Source of the DNA: a virus
Lineage: Duplodnaviria; Caudoviricetes
Length of the DNA: 54,186 nt
Strand: one strand, 5' to 3'
IMG/VR virus record: IMGVR_UViG_3300048786_000038
Span: 1-54,186 of that record
Shown: piece after piece, positions 26,614-36,162 of the stretch
Layout of the letters: each line of letters opens with the position of its first letter
Position numbering within the stretch: position 1 is the first letter of the stretch
Program-made: the position numbers and the translations under genes
The notes under the pieces: model-generated
Told to the model about the DNA's origin: nothing
Seen by the model: only the letters and a program-made list of their open reading frames with translations
Databases searched by the model: none

Positions 26614-26666
26614 GGTATACGAAAAATCTCCGTACTGCGAAAAATCTCCGTACTTGCGCTCCGTAC
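26595..26666 (+). repeat. Direct repeats upstream of the protease gene
   Basis: GAAAAATCTCCGTACT at 26621 and 26639 (18 bp period); partial copies at 26595 and 26659. Confidence 0.75.
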
Positions 26667-26692
26667 AACAGATTCGATAATTTCATCTCAAC

Positions 26693-28060
26693 ATGATCGA
26701 GAAGCTGTACGCATGCGAGCCACAGTTTCTACTCACCTACATCTCGAAGATGGAGAACGCCACCGCCGAGGAGATCGCCCTTGCCGCTGGCCAGTTCGCG
26801 CAGCCCGTTCCCCGGGAGGACATCTACGACGAGGACGGCGAAGAGGCCTGCATCAAAGTAGAGGGTCCGCTCACACAGGCCGGACCCCCGCCGCTTGCGC
26901 ATTTCTTCGGCTTCGGCGGAACATCCTACAGCGCCATCCTCAAGGCAGTGGCCTACGCAAAAGACAACCCCGCAATCAAGCGCCTGTGCCTCGAAGTGAA
27001 CTCGCCGGGCGGGGAAGTCGCGGGCGTCGATCACGTCTGGCAGGCCCTCCGCGCGTGCGGAAAGAATTGCAGCGCCGTCAACATGGGCCTCATGGCATCC
27101 GCGGCCTACTGGATCGCAAGCGCCTGCGAAAAGATCAGCGCAACATCCCCCGCGGCCGAGACAGGATCCATCGGCGTGATCGCGGTTGGCATCGACGATG
27201 CCGACCTCATGAAAAACCTCGGCGTGAAGAAGGTGACCATCCTTTCGAAGAACGCCCCCGACAAGGGCCTTGACTTCGCAACCGACAAAGGCCGTGCCTC
27301 GATCCAGAAACGGGCGAACGAGATAGAAAGCGTGTTCATCTCGCGCGTGGCCGAAGGCCGCCATACCACGGCGGAAGCCGTCAAGGAAAACTTCGGCAAA
27401 GGCGCGCTTAAGATCGCCATGCACCAGCCGGGCGAGACCTGCGCGTGCGCCCTTCACAGCGGAATGATCGACGCCGTCACACCGATGGCCCCGAATACAG
27501 ACTCACGAAAAACGCCGGGCGCACAGTACGCCCAGTCCGGGAGGAACGAAATGAAGCTTTCCGAATTGCTCGCGGCCAACCCCGAGGCAAAGACCGAACA
27601 CGAGAAGGCACTCGCCGATGCGCGCGCCGAAGGCAAGGCGGCATTCGAGGCGCGGGTGACCGCGGCCAAGCCGTACCTTGCGCTGAAAGCCACCGCCGAC
27701 GGATACGACACCGCCGAGGTCGAGGCAATCGCCAAGTGCGCCGTTGACGTGATCACGGGCGCCAAGGATGCGGGAGCGGTGCAGGCGTTCGTCGCGTTCG
27801 TCGACATGAGCGTGGAGAAGCGCAAGCTCGCCGCCGCACATACCGAGACCGCCACGCTTCCCGAGACCCCGGGACAGCACACCCCGGCCATGGCCGACCT
27901 CATCGTCAAGGTCAACGCGCAGAAGCTCGACCTGGCCGCGATCGAGACCGCCTCCAAGAGGCAGGGGATCGAACCGATCAAGGGCGTTGCGGCAACCGTC
28001 GAGATGAACGATCTGCTCGCCAAAGACAAGCAGCTTCTCTCGACGCTGGGAGGGATGTAA
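26693..28060 (+). CDS. S49-family prohead protease with a C-terminal scaffold region
   Basis: VNSPGGEV, MASAAYWIAS, TGSIGV; possible internal start at MKLSELL. Confidence 0.92.
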   Translation: MIEKLYACEPQFLLTYISKMENATAEEIALAAGQFAQPVPREDIYDEDGEEACIKVEGPLTQAGPPPLAHFFGFGGTSYSAILKAVAYAKDNPAIKRLCLEVNSPGGEVAGVDHVWQALRACGKNCSAVNMGLMASAAYWIASACEKISATSPAAETGSIGVIAVGIDDADLMKNLGVKKVTILSKNAPDKGLDFATDKGRASIQKRANEIESVFISRVAEGRHTTAEAVKENFGKGALKIAMHQPGETCACALHSGMIDAVTPMAPNTDSRKTPGAQYAQSGRNEMKLSELLAANPEAKTEHEKALADARAEGKAAFEARVTAAKPYLALKATADGYDTAEVEAIAKCAVDVITGAKDAGAVQAFVAFVDMSVEKRKLAAAHTETATLPETPGQHTPAMADLIVKVNAQKLDLAAIETASKRQGIEPIKGVAATVEMNDLLAKDKQLLSTLGGM

Positions 28061-28063
28061 GCC

Positions 28064-28636
28064 ATGCCCGAAATCCAGGACTCTTTCGGCTTCGCATCCG
28101 CCTCCGAGTTCGATGTTGTCCTGAAAGCTCCCGCCCCGTGGGGGATTTTCAAGGCATACACGCTCGTGGCCAATGCGGTGACCATCGCCATCCCCGGCAC
28201 CTCGACGGCGCCCATCCTGTACAACCCGCCGTCGTCGGGTGTCGTGTTCAAGATTCTGCGCGTCGCATGGGGCGTCACCGGCGGCACCATCGCCGCAAGC
28301 GCCTCCTGCTATGCCATCCAGGATCAGCCCGCACTGTCGGCGGTCACCGCGGGGCCTGTACCGATCAACGCGAACTACTTCCGCGGCAACGCCTTCCTCG
28401 GCTACTGGTACACGGCCGTAACGTGGGCGACGGCCTCGACGGTCATCATCCCCTACGGGTTCCACTCCGGAGGCGCCAACGCCGCCGGGCCGTTCTCCAA
28501 CCCGCAGTGGATTGAGAACCGGCTCTACATCAACCCCGGGCAGGTATTCGCCCCCTGTTGCGCAACAAGCGCGCAGGCGGCAACGGTTTGCCCCATGGTC
28601 GAGTTCCTCCAGATGCCCATTGGAGCGACGCAGTAA
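28064..28636 (+). CDS. Putative beta-rich virion protein
   Basis: ILYNPPSSGVVFKI; lies in the head operon. Confidence 0.6.
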   Translation: MPEIQDSFGFASASEFDVVLKAPAPWGIFKAYTLVANAVTIAIPGTSTAPILYNPPSSGVVFKILRVAWGVTGGTIAASASCYAIQDQPALSAVTAGPVPINANYFRGNAFLGYWYTAVTWATASTVIIPYGFHSGGANAAGPFSNPQWIENRLYINPGQVFAPCCATSAQAATVCPMVEFLQMPIGATQ

Positions 28637-28637
28637 C

Positions 28638-29228
28638 ATGGCAGCCCCCGGCGGATTCCCCGTAGCACAGCAAGGCGTCGGAACGGCCTACGCCTCCTAC
28701 ACCTCGGCGAAGTCAATACTTGCCGCATCCGCTGTCTACTCGATCCCCCCCAACGGACTGTATGTCGGCAAGCGCTACCGCATGAACGCGATCATAGCGT
28801 TGTCGAACATCGTCACCGCACAGCCCACGTTCACCTTCCAGGTCATGGGCGGCCCGACGTCGAACATCATCGTATGGTCAAGCGGAGCGCTGCTGGCGAC
28901 GACGACCGCAAACGCTAGCCTCCCCTGTTACGTCACGGTCAACCTCACGTGCGCGACGATCGGCGCGGGCACCACGGCAAACTACATGTCAGTGGGCACA
29001 ATCAGAACCCTTGGCCTCGTTCTTGCGGGCGCTGTTGCCGATCCCACGGCGGGTGATACCGTGATCATCGCACCGAATGCGACCATGGCCACTCCGTCAT
29101 CGGGTGCCGTGGGGTTCAATTCGCAGGTGCTCACGAAGCTCGATCTCTGGGTCGGCATATCGGTATCGGACCCCGCAAACGGCGTGCAGATATACGACTA
29201 CTTTTTGGAGGACATGAATGGACCATAA
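28638..29228 (+). CDS. Putative virion protein, paralogue of 31166..31693
   Basis: Shared pattern IP...G..R..A...PTFTF...CxxIG. Confidence 0.65.
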   Translation: MAAPGGFPVAQQGVGTAYASYTSAKSILAASAVYSIPPNGLYVGKRYRMNAIIALSNIVTAQPTFTFQVMGGPTSNIIVWSSGALLATTTANASLPCYVTVNLTCATIGAGTTANYMSVGTIRTLGLVLAGAVADPTAGDTVIIAPNATMATPSSGAVGFNSQVLTKLDLWVGISVSDPANGVQIYDYFLEDMNGP

Positions 29229-29256
29229 GCAGGCCCGAAAAAACAAGGAGTAAAAC

Positions 29257-29742
29257 ATGCCTACCATCGTTCAGGCGTCGCAGGTCAACAACTCTTTCCC
29301 CTTGATCCTCTCGGGCGAGGCGGGGGTCTGGGAGGCCGAGGTCATCGGGGCAAACGGCTCTCGTTCCGTGAACCTCGCGCAGTACACGATCATGTCGCAG
29401 GTGGCATCGACTTTGGTCTGGATGCCGTGGCTGAACGCCAACCTCGGCGACACAACGGGCCTCCAGTACCCCGCGGGCATCTACCTCGGTGACACGATCC
29501 CGTATGCGTCGATCGCCGCGGGCAACGTCGCCAACTGCATGATACTCGCGGGCGGCGCGCTGTGCATGCTGGACGTCAACCTGCTCGTCTTCGACAAAGG
29601 CAACTCGGGCGTGGCAACGGCAAACACGCTTGCCTCGATCATCACCGCACCGTCGAACATCGCAATCATCGCCGAGCGATGGCTGAACTTCCTGGGGCTG
29701 TTCCCCACCGGCACCCTCCAGGGTGACCTCACGGAGAATTAA
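29257..29742 (+). CDS. Head decoration protein (gpD-like)
   Basis: Directly before the capsid gene; YPAGIYLG. Confidence 0.7.
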   Translation: MPTIVQASQVNNSFPLILSGEAGVWEAEVIGANGSRSVNLAQYTIMSQVASTLVWMPWLNANLGDTTGLQYPAGIYLGDTIPYASIAAGNVANCMILAGGALCMLDVNLLVFDKGNSGVATANTLASIITAPSNIAIIAERWLNFLGLFPTGTLQGDLTEN

Positions 29743-29744
29743 CC

Positions 29745-30998
29745 ATGGCAACACCCGTAACCTTCGATCTATTTTCGCGCATCTGGGCCGGCGGCTTCGA
29801 TGAGCACCAGAAGGTATTCACGCCGACCGCGGGGCAGTCGATGTTCGGCCGCACCGACAACGGCAGCTATACCATGTTCTCGCCGAACTCAAACGCGCTT
29901 GACATCGAAATCATCCGCGCCAACCTGCGTATCGCACCCCTGATGCCGCGCGGCGGCGTGGGCGTCTTCACGGGCTCCTCGACGGCGGGAGCGGCGGCCG
30001 CGCAGCACAACGACCTCCAGTTCAACCAGGGAACGACCTTCTCCCGCAAGTACCCCCTGCTTGAGGAAACCTCGAACCTCGGCGCCGACCAGCTTCTCTA
30101 CCGCCTCATCGCCTACGAGGGGCCGTACGGGGACCTCACGATGGAGGACCGCACGCGCATCCTCGGCCGACGCGCGTACACCGAGTTGATCCGCCGCTGC
30201 ATCCGCACCTTCGAATACCTTGCGTGGCAGTCGCTTACGCTTGGCAAACAGTCAGCCAACGCCATCGGCACGCCGACCTCCAGCGACTACGACTGGCGGC
30301 GCAACGCGGCGAACACCATCACCCCGACGCACCAGTGGGGCAGCGCGCTTTCCACGCCGCTTTCCGACATCGACACCGGGTGCGACCAGATGAACTTCGC
30401 GGGCAAGGTGATGCCGGAGTTCGCGATCTTCGGCGGGCAGGTCATGCAGCAGTTCCAGACCAACCCGAGTGTGACCACGGCCTACGCGAACAAACTGTAC
30501 TTCGAGCTCCTGCGCTTCGAGCTTGACGAACGGCCCGACCAGAAGTTCCAGCGCTTTGTCAACGCGGGGCTGATCCCCTACGGCCGCATCAAGACGCCGA
30601 AGGGCTACGAGCTCACCGTGTTCACCTACCCGCACATGTACGACTCGACGTCCTCCAACGGCACGCAGACGGCCACGAAGTACTTCCCCGACAACTACGT
30701 GCTGCTCGGCTCGACGATGACCCGCGCGGACCGCTACTTCGGACCCCCCGAGCGCCTGAACTTGACGGCGATGGAAATGCAGATGGTCATGGAGCGCTTC
30801 GGCTTCAACCTCAGCGTCCCCCTGACCCCGCCGAACGTGATGGGCGAAGGCACGACGGTGCTGCCGCAGATGTTCTACACCGACTACTACCAGTCGAACG
30901 ACCGCAAGCACGGCACCATGCGCGTGCAGGCGGCCCCCGTGTTCCCGACCACGCAGACCGATGGCTGGGTCACGATCCTGGCAGGCGGAGCAAGCTGA
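29745..30998 (+). CDS. Major capsid protein (lambda gpE-like)
   Basis: Size and position; IRTFEYLAWQSLTLG, PLSDID, VQAAPVFPT. Confidence 0.9.
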   Translation: MATPVTFDLFSRIWAGGFDEHQKVFTPTAGQSMFGRTDNGSYTMFSPNSNALDIEIIRANLRIAPLMPRGGVGVFTGSSTAGAAAAQHNDLQFNQGTTFSRKYPLLEETSNLGADQLLYRLIAYEGPYGDLTMEDRTRILGRRAYTELIRRCIRTFEYLAWQSLTLGKQSANAIGTPTSSDYDWRRNAANTITPTHQWGSALSTPLSDIDTGCDQMNFAGKVMPEFAIFGGQVMQQFQTNPSVTTAYANKLYFELLRFELDERPDQKFQRFVNAGLIPYGRIKTPKGYELTVFTYPHMYDSTSSNGTQTATKYFPDNYVLLGSTMTRADRYFGPPERLNLTAMEMQMVMERFGFNLSVPLTPPNVMGEGTTVLPQMFYTDYYQSNDRKHGTMRVQAAPVFPTTQTDGWVTILAGGAS

Positions 30999-31156
30999 TG
31001 ATCGGCACCGTGAAGATCATATGGAATGACGACGGCGGCACCCTTCGGGACCCAAGCGGCAAGGTTCTTGCCGGCCCAAACGACAGCCTCACCGTTGATT
31101 CGATCACCGCGGAACGGTATGTGCGCGAAGGCCGCGCCCATTACCCCCGCAAGTAG
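30998..31156 (+). CDS. Small protein following the capsid gene
   Basis: Read manually: MIGTVKIIW...AERYVREGRA. Confidence 0.6.
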   Translation: MIGTVKIIWNDDGGTLRDPSGKVLAGPNDSLTVDSITAERYVREGRAHYPRK

Positions 31157-31165
31157 GAGCACGCC

Positions 31166-31693
31166 ATGATTCCTTGGAGCCAGACCCTTGTCTCGATTCC
31201 TGCAAGCGCCGCGGGGTTCACCTCGAACAGCGCGACGGACATGATCCCCAACGGGGACTACATCTTCCCCGCTGCGTTCTTCGCCATCGGCACGAAGTTC
31301 CGCATGCACGCATCGGGTGTGTGCACTTCCTCCTCGACCCCCGGCACGTTCACCTTCGGCATCGCACTCGGATCGTCTGTGATCAACCAGGCGTTCGGCG
31401 CGATCACCCTTGTCGCCTCCGCTACCACGCAGAAATGGTGGGCCGACTTCGACGTGGAATGCCGCGCACTCGGGGCGAGCACCTCGACCACGTTCGTGGC
31501 CACGGGCCTGTTCCTGACCTCCACCGCACTGGTGGCGGCGGGCGTCACCTGCCTCCCGATCGGTACGGGCATCACGGCGGGCACGGGCGTGTCGAACGTC
31601 GCCACGCAGACCCTGAGCCTCCAGGGGGCGTTCTCGCTGACCACGGGCACGATGGTCGTCGAACAGTACGAGGTCGTGCTGCTCCAGGCATAG
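31166..31693 (+). CDS. Putative virion protein, paralogue of 28638..29228
   Basis: AGGAG Shine-Dalgarno; shared motifs with the paralogue. Confidence 0.65.
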   Translation: MIPWSQTLVSIPASAAGFTSNSATDMIPNGDYIFPAAFFAIGTKFRMHASGVCTSSSTPGTFTFGIALGSSVINQAFGAITLVASATTQKWWADFDVECRALGASTSTTFVATGLFLTSTALVAAGVTCLPIGTGITAGTGVSNVATQTLSLQGAFSLTTGTMVVEQYEVVLLQA

Positions 31694-31699
31694 GGCGCG

Positions 31700-32137
31700 A
31701 TGGTGATCAACAACGGATTTAGCGCACCGACAAGCCCCGGCGGGAGTCAGGCGATGGTTTTCCAAAACCTCGGCTCCCCCGGTGGCCTTGGCCTTCGCAT
31801 GACCACATCACCCCCGGATGCTATCCCCGTCAACTCGCTCACGGACTACACGCCGCCGGGGGACGACCTTTCAAACTTCGAAGTCGGCGTGCATGCGGGA
31901 TTGAACGGCTACGACACGACGATCTGGATCACCGAGCGTTGTCCCGCGTGTCACAATTCGCATCGGCTGTACCAGTCCCCGACTATAAACCCCACAGACC
32001 AGCGGTCCTACGTGCAGTTCATCTGCTACGGACGGCCGGGCCAGCCGGGGATCACCGTGCAGTTGAAACCTGTCGAGGGGCCCGTCCCCGCCGACACGTT
32101 CAACCTGATCGCGCAAGGAAAGGTGATCGGTTCCTAA
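31700..32137 (+). CDS. Hypothetical protein with CxxC
   Basis: ORF in the operon. Confidence 0.5.
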   Translation: MVINNGFSAPTSPGGSQAMVFQNLGSPGGLGLRMTTSPPDAIPVNSLTDYTPPGDDLSNFEVGVHAGLNGYDTTIWITERCPACHNSHRLYQSPTINPTDQRSYVQFICYGRPGQPGITVQLKPVEGPVPADTFNLIAQGKVIGS

Positions 32138-32170
32138 ACGCATAAGCCGCAAGGCAGAGAGGTGAGAGAA

Positions 32171-32668
32171 ATGGCAGTTGCAACCGAAAAAGAGATCAAG
32201 GCGTTCCGCTGGAAAGGGCCGGGGGTGCTTCACATCAGCCGCCCTGACGGAAAGCTCAAGGTCATACCCCCGTACACCCCGGGCGAGATCGAGCACGGAT
32301 GCCTCGTGAAGGACCCCGTGAACGTCGACGCACTCGGCCAGGCGCGCATCGCCGCACTTGTCGCCGAAGGAAAAGCCGAGGTCATCACCTGGTCCGACAA
32401 CATCGCAGGGTTCATCCGCCCCGACGCCAAGGCCGCGGAAAGCACGACGCTTGCCGACGCGCAAGCATCCGAGGTGCAGCTGCAGGAAGTGCACTCGATG
32501 GACGTGCACGCCGAGAAGCAGATGGCGAAAGCCGCCGAGAAGCTGAGCGATTCCGAAAAGGAGAAGGCCGCGCACGATCTTCGAAAGATGGGTCCCGCGG
32601 GTCCCGTGGTCACGCGCGGAGGGGATGCCCCTTCATTCACCCCGCCCTCCCCTGACATCCCGGTATAG
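32171..32668 (+). CDS. Hypothetical protein
   Basis: GAGG Shine-Dalgarno; operon context. Confidence 0.55.
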   Translation: MAVATEKEIKAFRWKGPGVLHISRPDGKLKVIPPYTPGEIEHGCLVKDPVNVDALGQARIAALVAEGKAEVITWSDNIAGFIRPDAKAAESTTLADAQASEVQLQEVHSMDVHAEKQMAKAAEKLSDSEKEKAAHDLRKMGPAGPVVTRGGDAPSFTPPSPDIPV

Positions 32669-32670
32669 CC

Positions 32671-32886
32671 ATGAAGGTACCCGCCGACATGCAGTTCCAC
32701 GGCTTCGGCTACCGATTGCTCGGGGGCCATGAGATCCCCGAGGAGCTTGCGGCGAAGCTCGGCGCCGACCACCCGCTGATCAAGGCCGCCGCGAAAGCTG
32801 ACATAGTTGGTCCTCTTCCGGAGACTCCGCCGAAGCCAGCACCACCTCAGGATATTGACATCAAGGCACGACACGGAGAGCGATGA
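32671..32886 (+). CDS. Hypothetical protein
   Basis: Operon context. Confidence 0.5.
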   Translation: MKVPADMQFHGFGYRLLGGHEIPEELAAKLGADHPLIKAAAKADIVGPLPETPPKPAPPQDIDIKARHGER

Positions 32887-32889
32887 CAA

Positions 32890-33276
32890 ATGACCCCGCT
32901 GCGCGTGACCATCGAAGGCGATCTCTCCGACACCCTTGAAGGGGAGTTTGCGTCCTTGGCCATGCTCACGGATCCAACGGGCGCGCAGTGGCCGAACATC
33001 CCCTGCCGCGTGGACTACGACGCTCAGAAAGAAGAGGCAGGCGGGACAGGCACGATCATCGTCAAGGTGCTCACGGTCGTCATGCGCATATCGACGCTCC
33101 AGAACATCATCGGCCGCGTCCCGCAGTCGGGCGAGAATTGGGCCATTGCCATTCCCCCGCGACCCGACCAGCCCGCGATCCTCCAGACGTACAAGGTAGG
33201 CGGAACGCGCGCACCAGAGGTGCAGACCACCATCGGCTTCATTCGCCTGTACCCCGAAAACGCAGGCCAGTCATGA
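32890..33276 (+). CDS. Head closure protein (gpFII-like)
   Basis: Size and position; DLSDTLEGEF...IGFIRLYP. Confidence 0.6.
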   Translation: MTPLRVTIEGDLSDTLEGEFASLAMLTDPTGAQWPNIPCRVDYDAQKEEAGGTGTIIVKVLTVVMRISTLQNIIGRVPQSGENWAIAIPPRPDQPAILQTYKVGGTRAPEVQTTIGFIRLYPENAGQS

Positions 33277-33935
33277 TGCTCTTCCGCACGGTGAAACAGG
33301 CACTTGAAACCACGCTCATGTCCAATGCCAACGGGCAGTTCACCGTCGAAGGCTACCAGCGGCAGTCGCACGCGGCAGAGGAAATACTGGGCACGCTTCG
33401 GCATGTGTCTGTTTTTTACTCGCGCGGCGCCTTCGACAAGGCTCGCTCGGGCTGGCTCTCGGGGCCGTGGAAACACGCGATGACCTTTACCGTGCAGCTT
33501 GAGCTTTCCGCGCAGGCCTCCATGGACCTGTCGGTGCTGAACCCCAACGTCACGGCAACGGGCGCGCAACGTATGGCCGCCCTTGCCGCATCGCAGACGG
33601 CGGGGATTGTCGCCGACGAATACTGGGATCAGCTTGCAGAGATCGTCTGGCAGATCCTCATCAACCCCGTCAACCAGCAGCTCGGCCTCACCCCGCCCAT
33701 CGGAATCTCCGACCGCTGGATCGACAACATCTCCAAGGAACACCCCGCGCCCGTCGGTGAGTACGTCATCCTCACGGGCACCATGGACTACTCGTGCCTC
33801 GGAAGCGAGACGACCGCGGGGGTCATCGGAACGCCCGCCGGCAAGAACGCAATCGACGTGACGTTGAATGAGACCGCCGATATCACGGGGGCCGTCTATG
33901 ACCCCGCGCAACAGGGGGCGAAGTCAAGCCCATGA
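33273..33935 (+). CDS. Tail terminator/completion protein
   Basis: Lies directly before the sheath gene. Confidence 0.55.
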   Translation: MMLFRTVKQALETTLMSNANGQFTVEGYQRQSHAAEEILGTLRHVSVFYSRGAFDKARSGWLSGPWKHAMTFTVQLELSAQASMDLSVLNPNVTATGAQRMAALAASQTAGIVADEYWDQLAEIVWQILINPVNQQLGLTPPIGISDRWIDNISKEHPAPVGEYVILTGTMDYSCLGSETTAGVIGTPAGKNAIDVTLNETADITGAVYDPAQQGAKSSP

Positions 33936-33949
33936 GCAAGGAGTAACGC

Positions 33950-35572
33950 ATGCCACTATCACTGACCTCTGAGGCCGCTGCGGCAGGCGGTGGCGTACAG
34001 AACACACAGTTTGCACCCGCCGTCCAGGACATCCAGCGGAACATCGTCATCGTAGGCACCTTCAACCCGGCACTTGCCGCGGGGCTCACGGCAGAGACCG
34101 CCTACGGTCCGTATACCTCGTTGACGCTGATCGGCCAGCTGTTCGGCAGCGGCTACATGATCCATCGCCTTGCAACGGCCATCTTCGCGGGCCTCGGCGC
34201 CGGCGGCCCTCAAGTATGGGTCATCCCGCAGGCGGAAGTCGGAGGCGCGGCTGCAACCTCCTCGACGTTTGCAATCACCGGCCCGGCAACGGCCGCCGGC
34301 GTGCTTGCCGTCTACGTCGACAACATCCGCTACGCGGTGACCGTGAACAACGGTGACAGTGCGGCGACCATCGGCGGCAACCTGCTTGCACTCATCAACG
34401 CCGACCTCACCTGCCCCTGCGTGGCAACGGGTGGTGCAACCGTGACGCTGACCTCGAACTCGAAAGGGCCGTGGGGCAACTCGATCCCCGTGGCGATCAA
34501 CATCCAGTCAGGCGACGCACTTCCCACGGGCGTCTCCGTGGTGGTCACCGCACTCTCAGGCGGAACGGGCGTCCCCGTCATGGCGAATGCTCTGTCCAAC
34601 GGCCTGGGGACGCTGAACGGGTCGAACGCGAACACGCTGCCCAACGGCAACTGGATGACCGACCTCGTGCACGGCTACCTTGCCGCGGGCACCACCATGA
34701 CGACCACCGCGCAGGACCAGACCACGACCGCGGCGATAAGCGCGTACAACGGCCTTGCCAACGCATCGCCTCCGATCGGATGCTACGATCACCTCGTGGG
34801 CAAGCCCTTCCGCTGCATCCTCGGGGACGTGACGAACTCCGCCTCCCTTCCCTCGGCGCTCACATCGTTTGCCACGACCAACACGTACGACCGAACCGAC
34901 GCCATCCTCTGCGTCCCCGGCTCGCGCACGCACCCCTGCGAGATCGCCGCCAACGCGACGGCCGCAATCAACGCGCGTGCCGCATCCGTTTCCTCGCGTC
35001 CCTATGTCGGGGTAGTGCTTTCGGGCGTGGAAGCCGGGCCGACAGGGATGTGGACGACGCAGTACGCCAACCGCGACTCGGCGGTCAAGGCAGGCATTTC
35101 GCCTACCATCGTGCAGGGCGGCTACGTGGTGTTGCAGAACGTCGTCACCTTCTACAGTGGCAACGCATCGGTGGCGGCAACCTCCAACGGCTACCGCGAA
35201 TGGGTGAACCTCTGTAAGCTGCAAAACATCATCTGGAGCATGATCTCCACGTTCCGTAACGCCAAGTGGACGGGCTTTACCATCGTGCAGGACAAATCGC
35301 AGGTCACCGACCCCTACGCGAAACAGTGGGTACGCGACGTCAACGATGTCACCGCCGAGCTGGTAGGGCTTGCGCTTCTCTGGTACGGCAAGGCGTGGAT
35401 TTACAACGCCACAACCACGATCAACGGCCTGATGTCGACGACCACACCGGCGGTCACGCTTCGGCCCGCGGGGGACGGCTTCACGTGCTCGCTCCCCGGG
35501 ATCCTCTCGGGTGTCGGCAACATCATCGACAGCACGTTCAACTTCGATATCTCGCTGGCCGCGGTGAGCTAA
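33950..35572 (+). CDS. Contractile tail sheath (Mu gpL-like)
   Basis: LFGSGYMIHRL, KGPWGN, RDSAVKAGISPT, NVVTFY. Confidence 0.9.
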   Translation: MPLSLTSEAAAAGGGVQNTQFAPAVQDIQRNIVIVGTFNPALAAGLTAETAYGPYTSLTLIGQLFGSGYMIHRLATAIFAGLGAGGPQVWVIPQAEVGGAAATSSTFAITGPATAAGVLAVYVDNIRYAVTVNNGDSAATIGGNLLALINADLTCPCVATGGATVTLTSNSKGPWGNSIPVAINIQSGDALPTGVSVVVTALSGGTGVPVMANALSNGLGTLNGSNANTLPNGNWMTDLVHGYLAAGTTMTTTAQDQTTTAAISAYNGLANASPPIGCYDHLVGKPFRCILGDVTNSASLPSALTSFATTNTYDRTDAILCVPGSRTHPCEIAANATAAINARAASVSSRPYVGVVLSGVEAGPTGMWTTQYANRDSAVKAGISPTIVQGGYVVLQNVVTFYSGNASVAATSNGYREWVNLCKLQNIIWSMISTFRNAKWTGFTIVQDKSQVTDPYAKQWVRDVNDVTAELVGLALLWYGKAWIYNATTTINGLMSTTTPAVTLRPAGDGFTCSLPGILSGVGNIIDSTFNFDISLAAVS

Positions 35573-35585
35573 GGGGGAGGATGAA

Positions 35586-35762
35586 ATGGAAGACGTACAG
35601 GTAACCGAGGCCGACGCCGCGCAGATCACGGCGATTGCCGCATACCTTCAAGGGCTTGACGGGGCAGCGCGCACGCCCGCTGACATCATCGAGCTTGCAC
35701 TGGGCATGCTCCTGTTCACGCGCCCCGATATCGCCGCCGCGCAGGGGGTAACCAATGGCTGA
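35586..35762 (+). CDS. Small helical protein (58 aa) between sheath and tube
   Basis: Read manually; GGAGG Shine-Dalgarno; stop overlaps the tube start. Confidence 0.6.
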   Translation: MEDVQVTEADAAQITAIAAYLQGLDGAARTPADIIELALGMLLFTRPDIAAAQGVTNG

Positions 35763-36138
35763 TGTCACGCTTTCCGCAACCTTCGCCGACGGCACGATCA
35801 TCGTAACCGCTGGCTTCATTCACATCGAGGACTGGAAGTCTGCCGACCAGAAAATGACGTTGACCCTGTTCCCGCGTAACAACGTCTGGCAGACTTTCGT
35901 CGGCTCGCTTACCGACACCTCTGGGTCGCTGCGGAATATTGATATCGCGGGTGTGCCCTATCGCGTGATCGGTGACACTGACGTGACGATGATACCGTCG
36001 AACTTCAAAAACGAGGCGGTCGCCACATCGGGCTCGAACATCCGAAAGATGACGCGCGTGGTAAGCGAGTTGCGCGATGTCATCATCGAGTGCAACGCCG
36101 CAGAGCGCGTGACGCTCGTGAACATCGCAAACAACTGA
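35755..36138 (+). CDS. Tail tube protein, apparently circularly permuted
   Basis: Lies between sheath and chaperone; contains SGSLRNIDIAG...NEAVATSG..RKM...NAAER tube-family motifs. Confidence 0.75.
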   Translation: MADVTLSATFADGTIIVTAGFIHIEDWKSADQKMTLTLFPRNNVWQTFVGSLTDTSGSLRNIDIAGVPYRVIGDTDVTMIPSNFKNEAVATSGSNIRKMTRVVSELRDVIIECNAAERVTLVNIANN

Positions 36139-36162
36139 TCGAAACTTTCATGGAGGTGAGAC

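Noticed and set aside
26595-26666. CRISPR mini-array
   Set aside because: Repeats are 16 bp with 2-bp gaps; no spacers and no cas genes
27454-35629. Long antisense ORFs over the structural genes
   Set aside because: Expected shadows of GC-rich coding strands; no recognisable motifs
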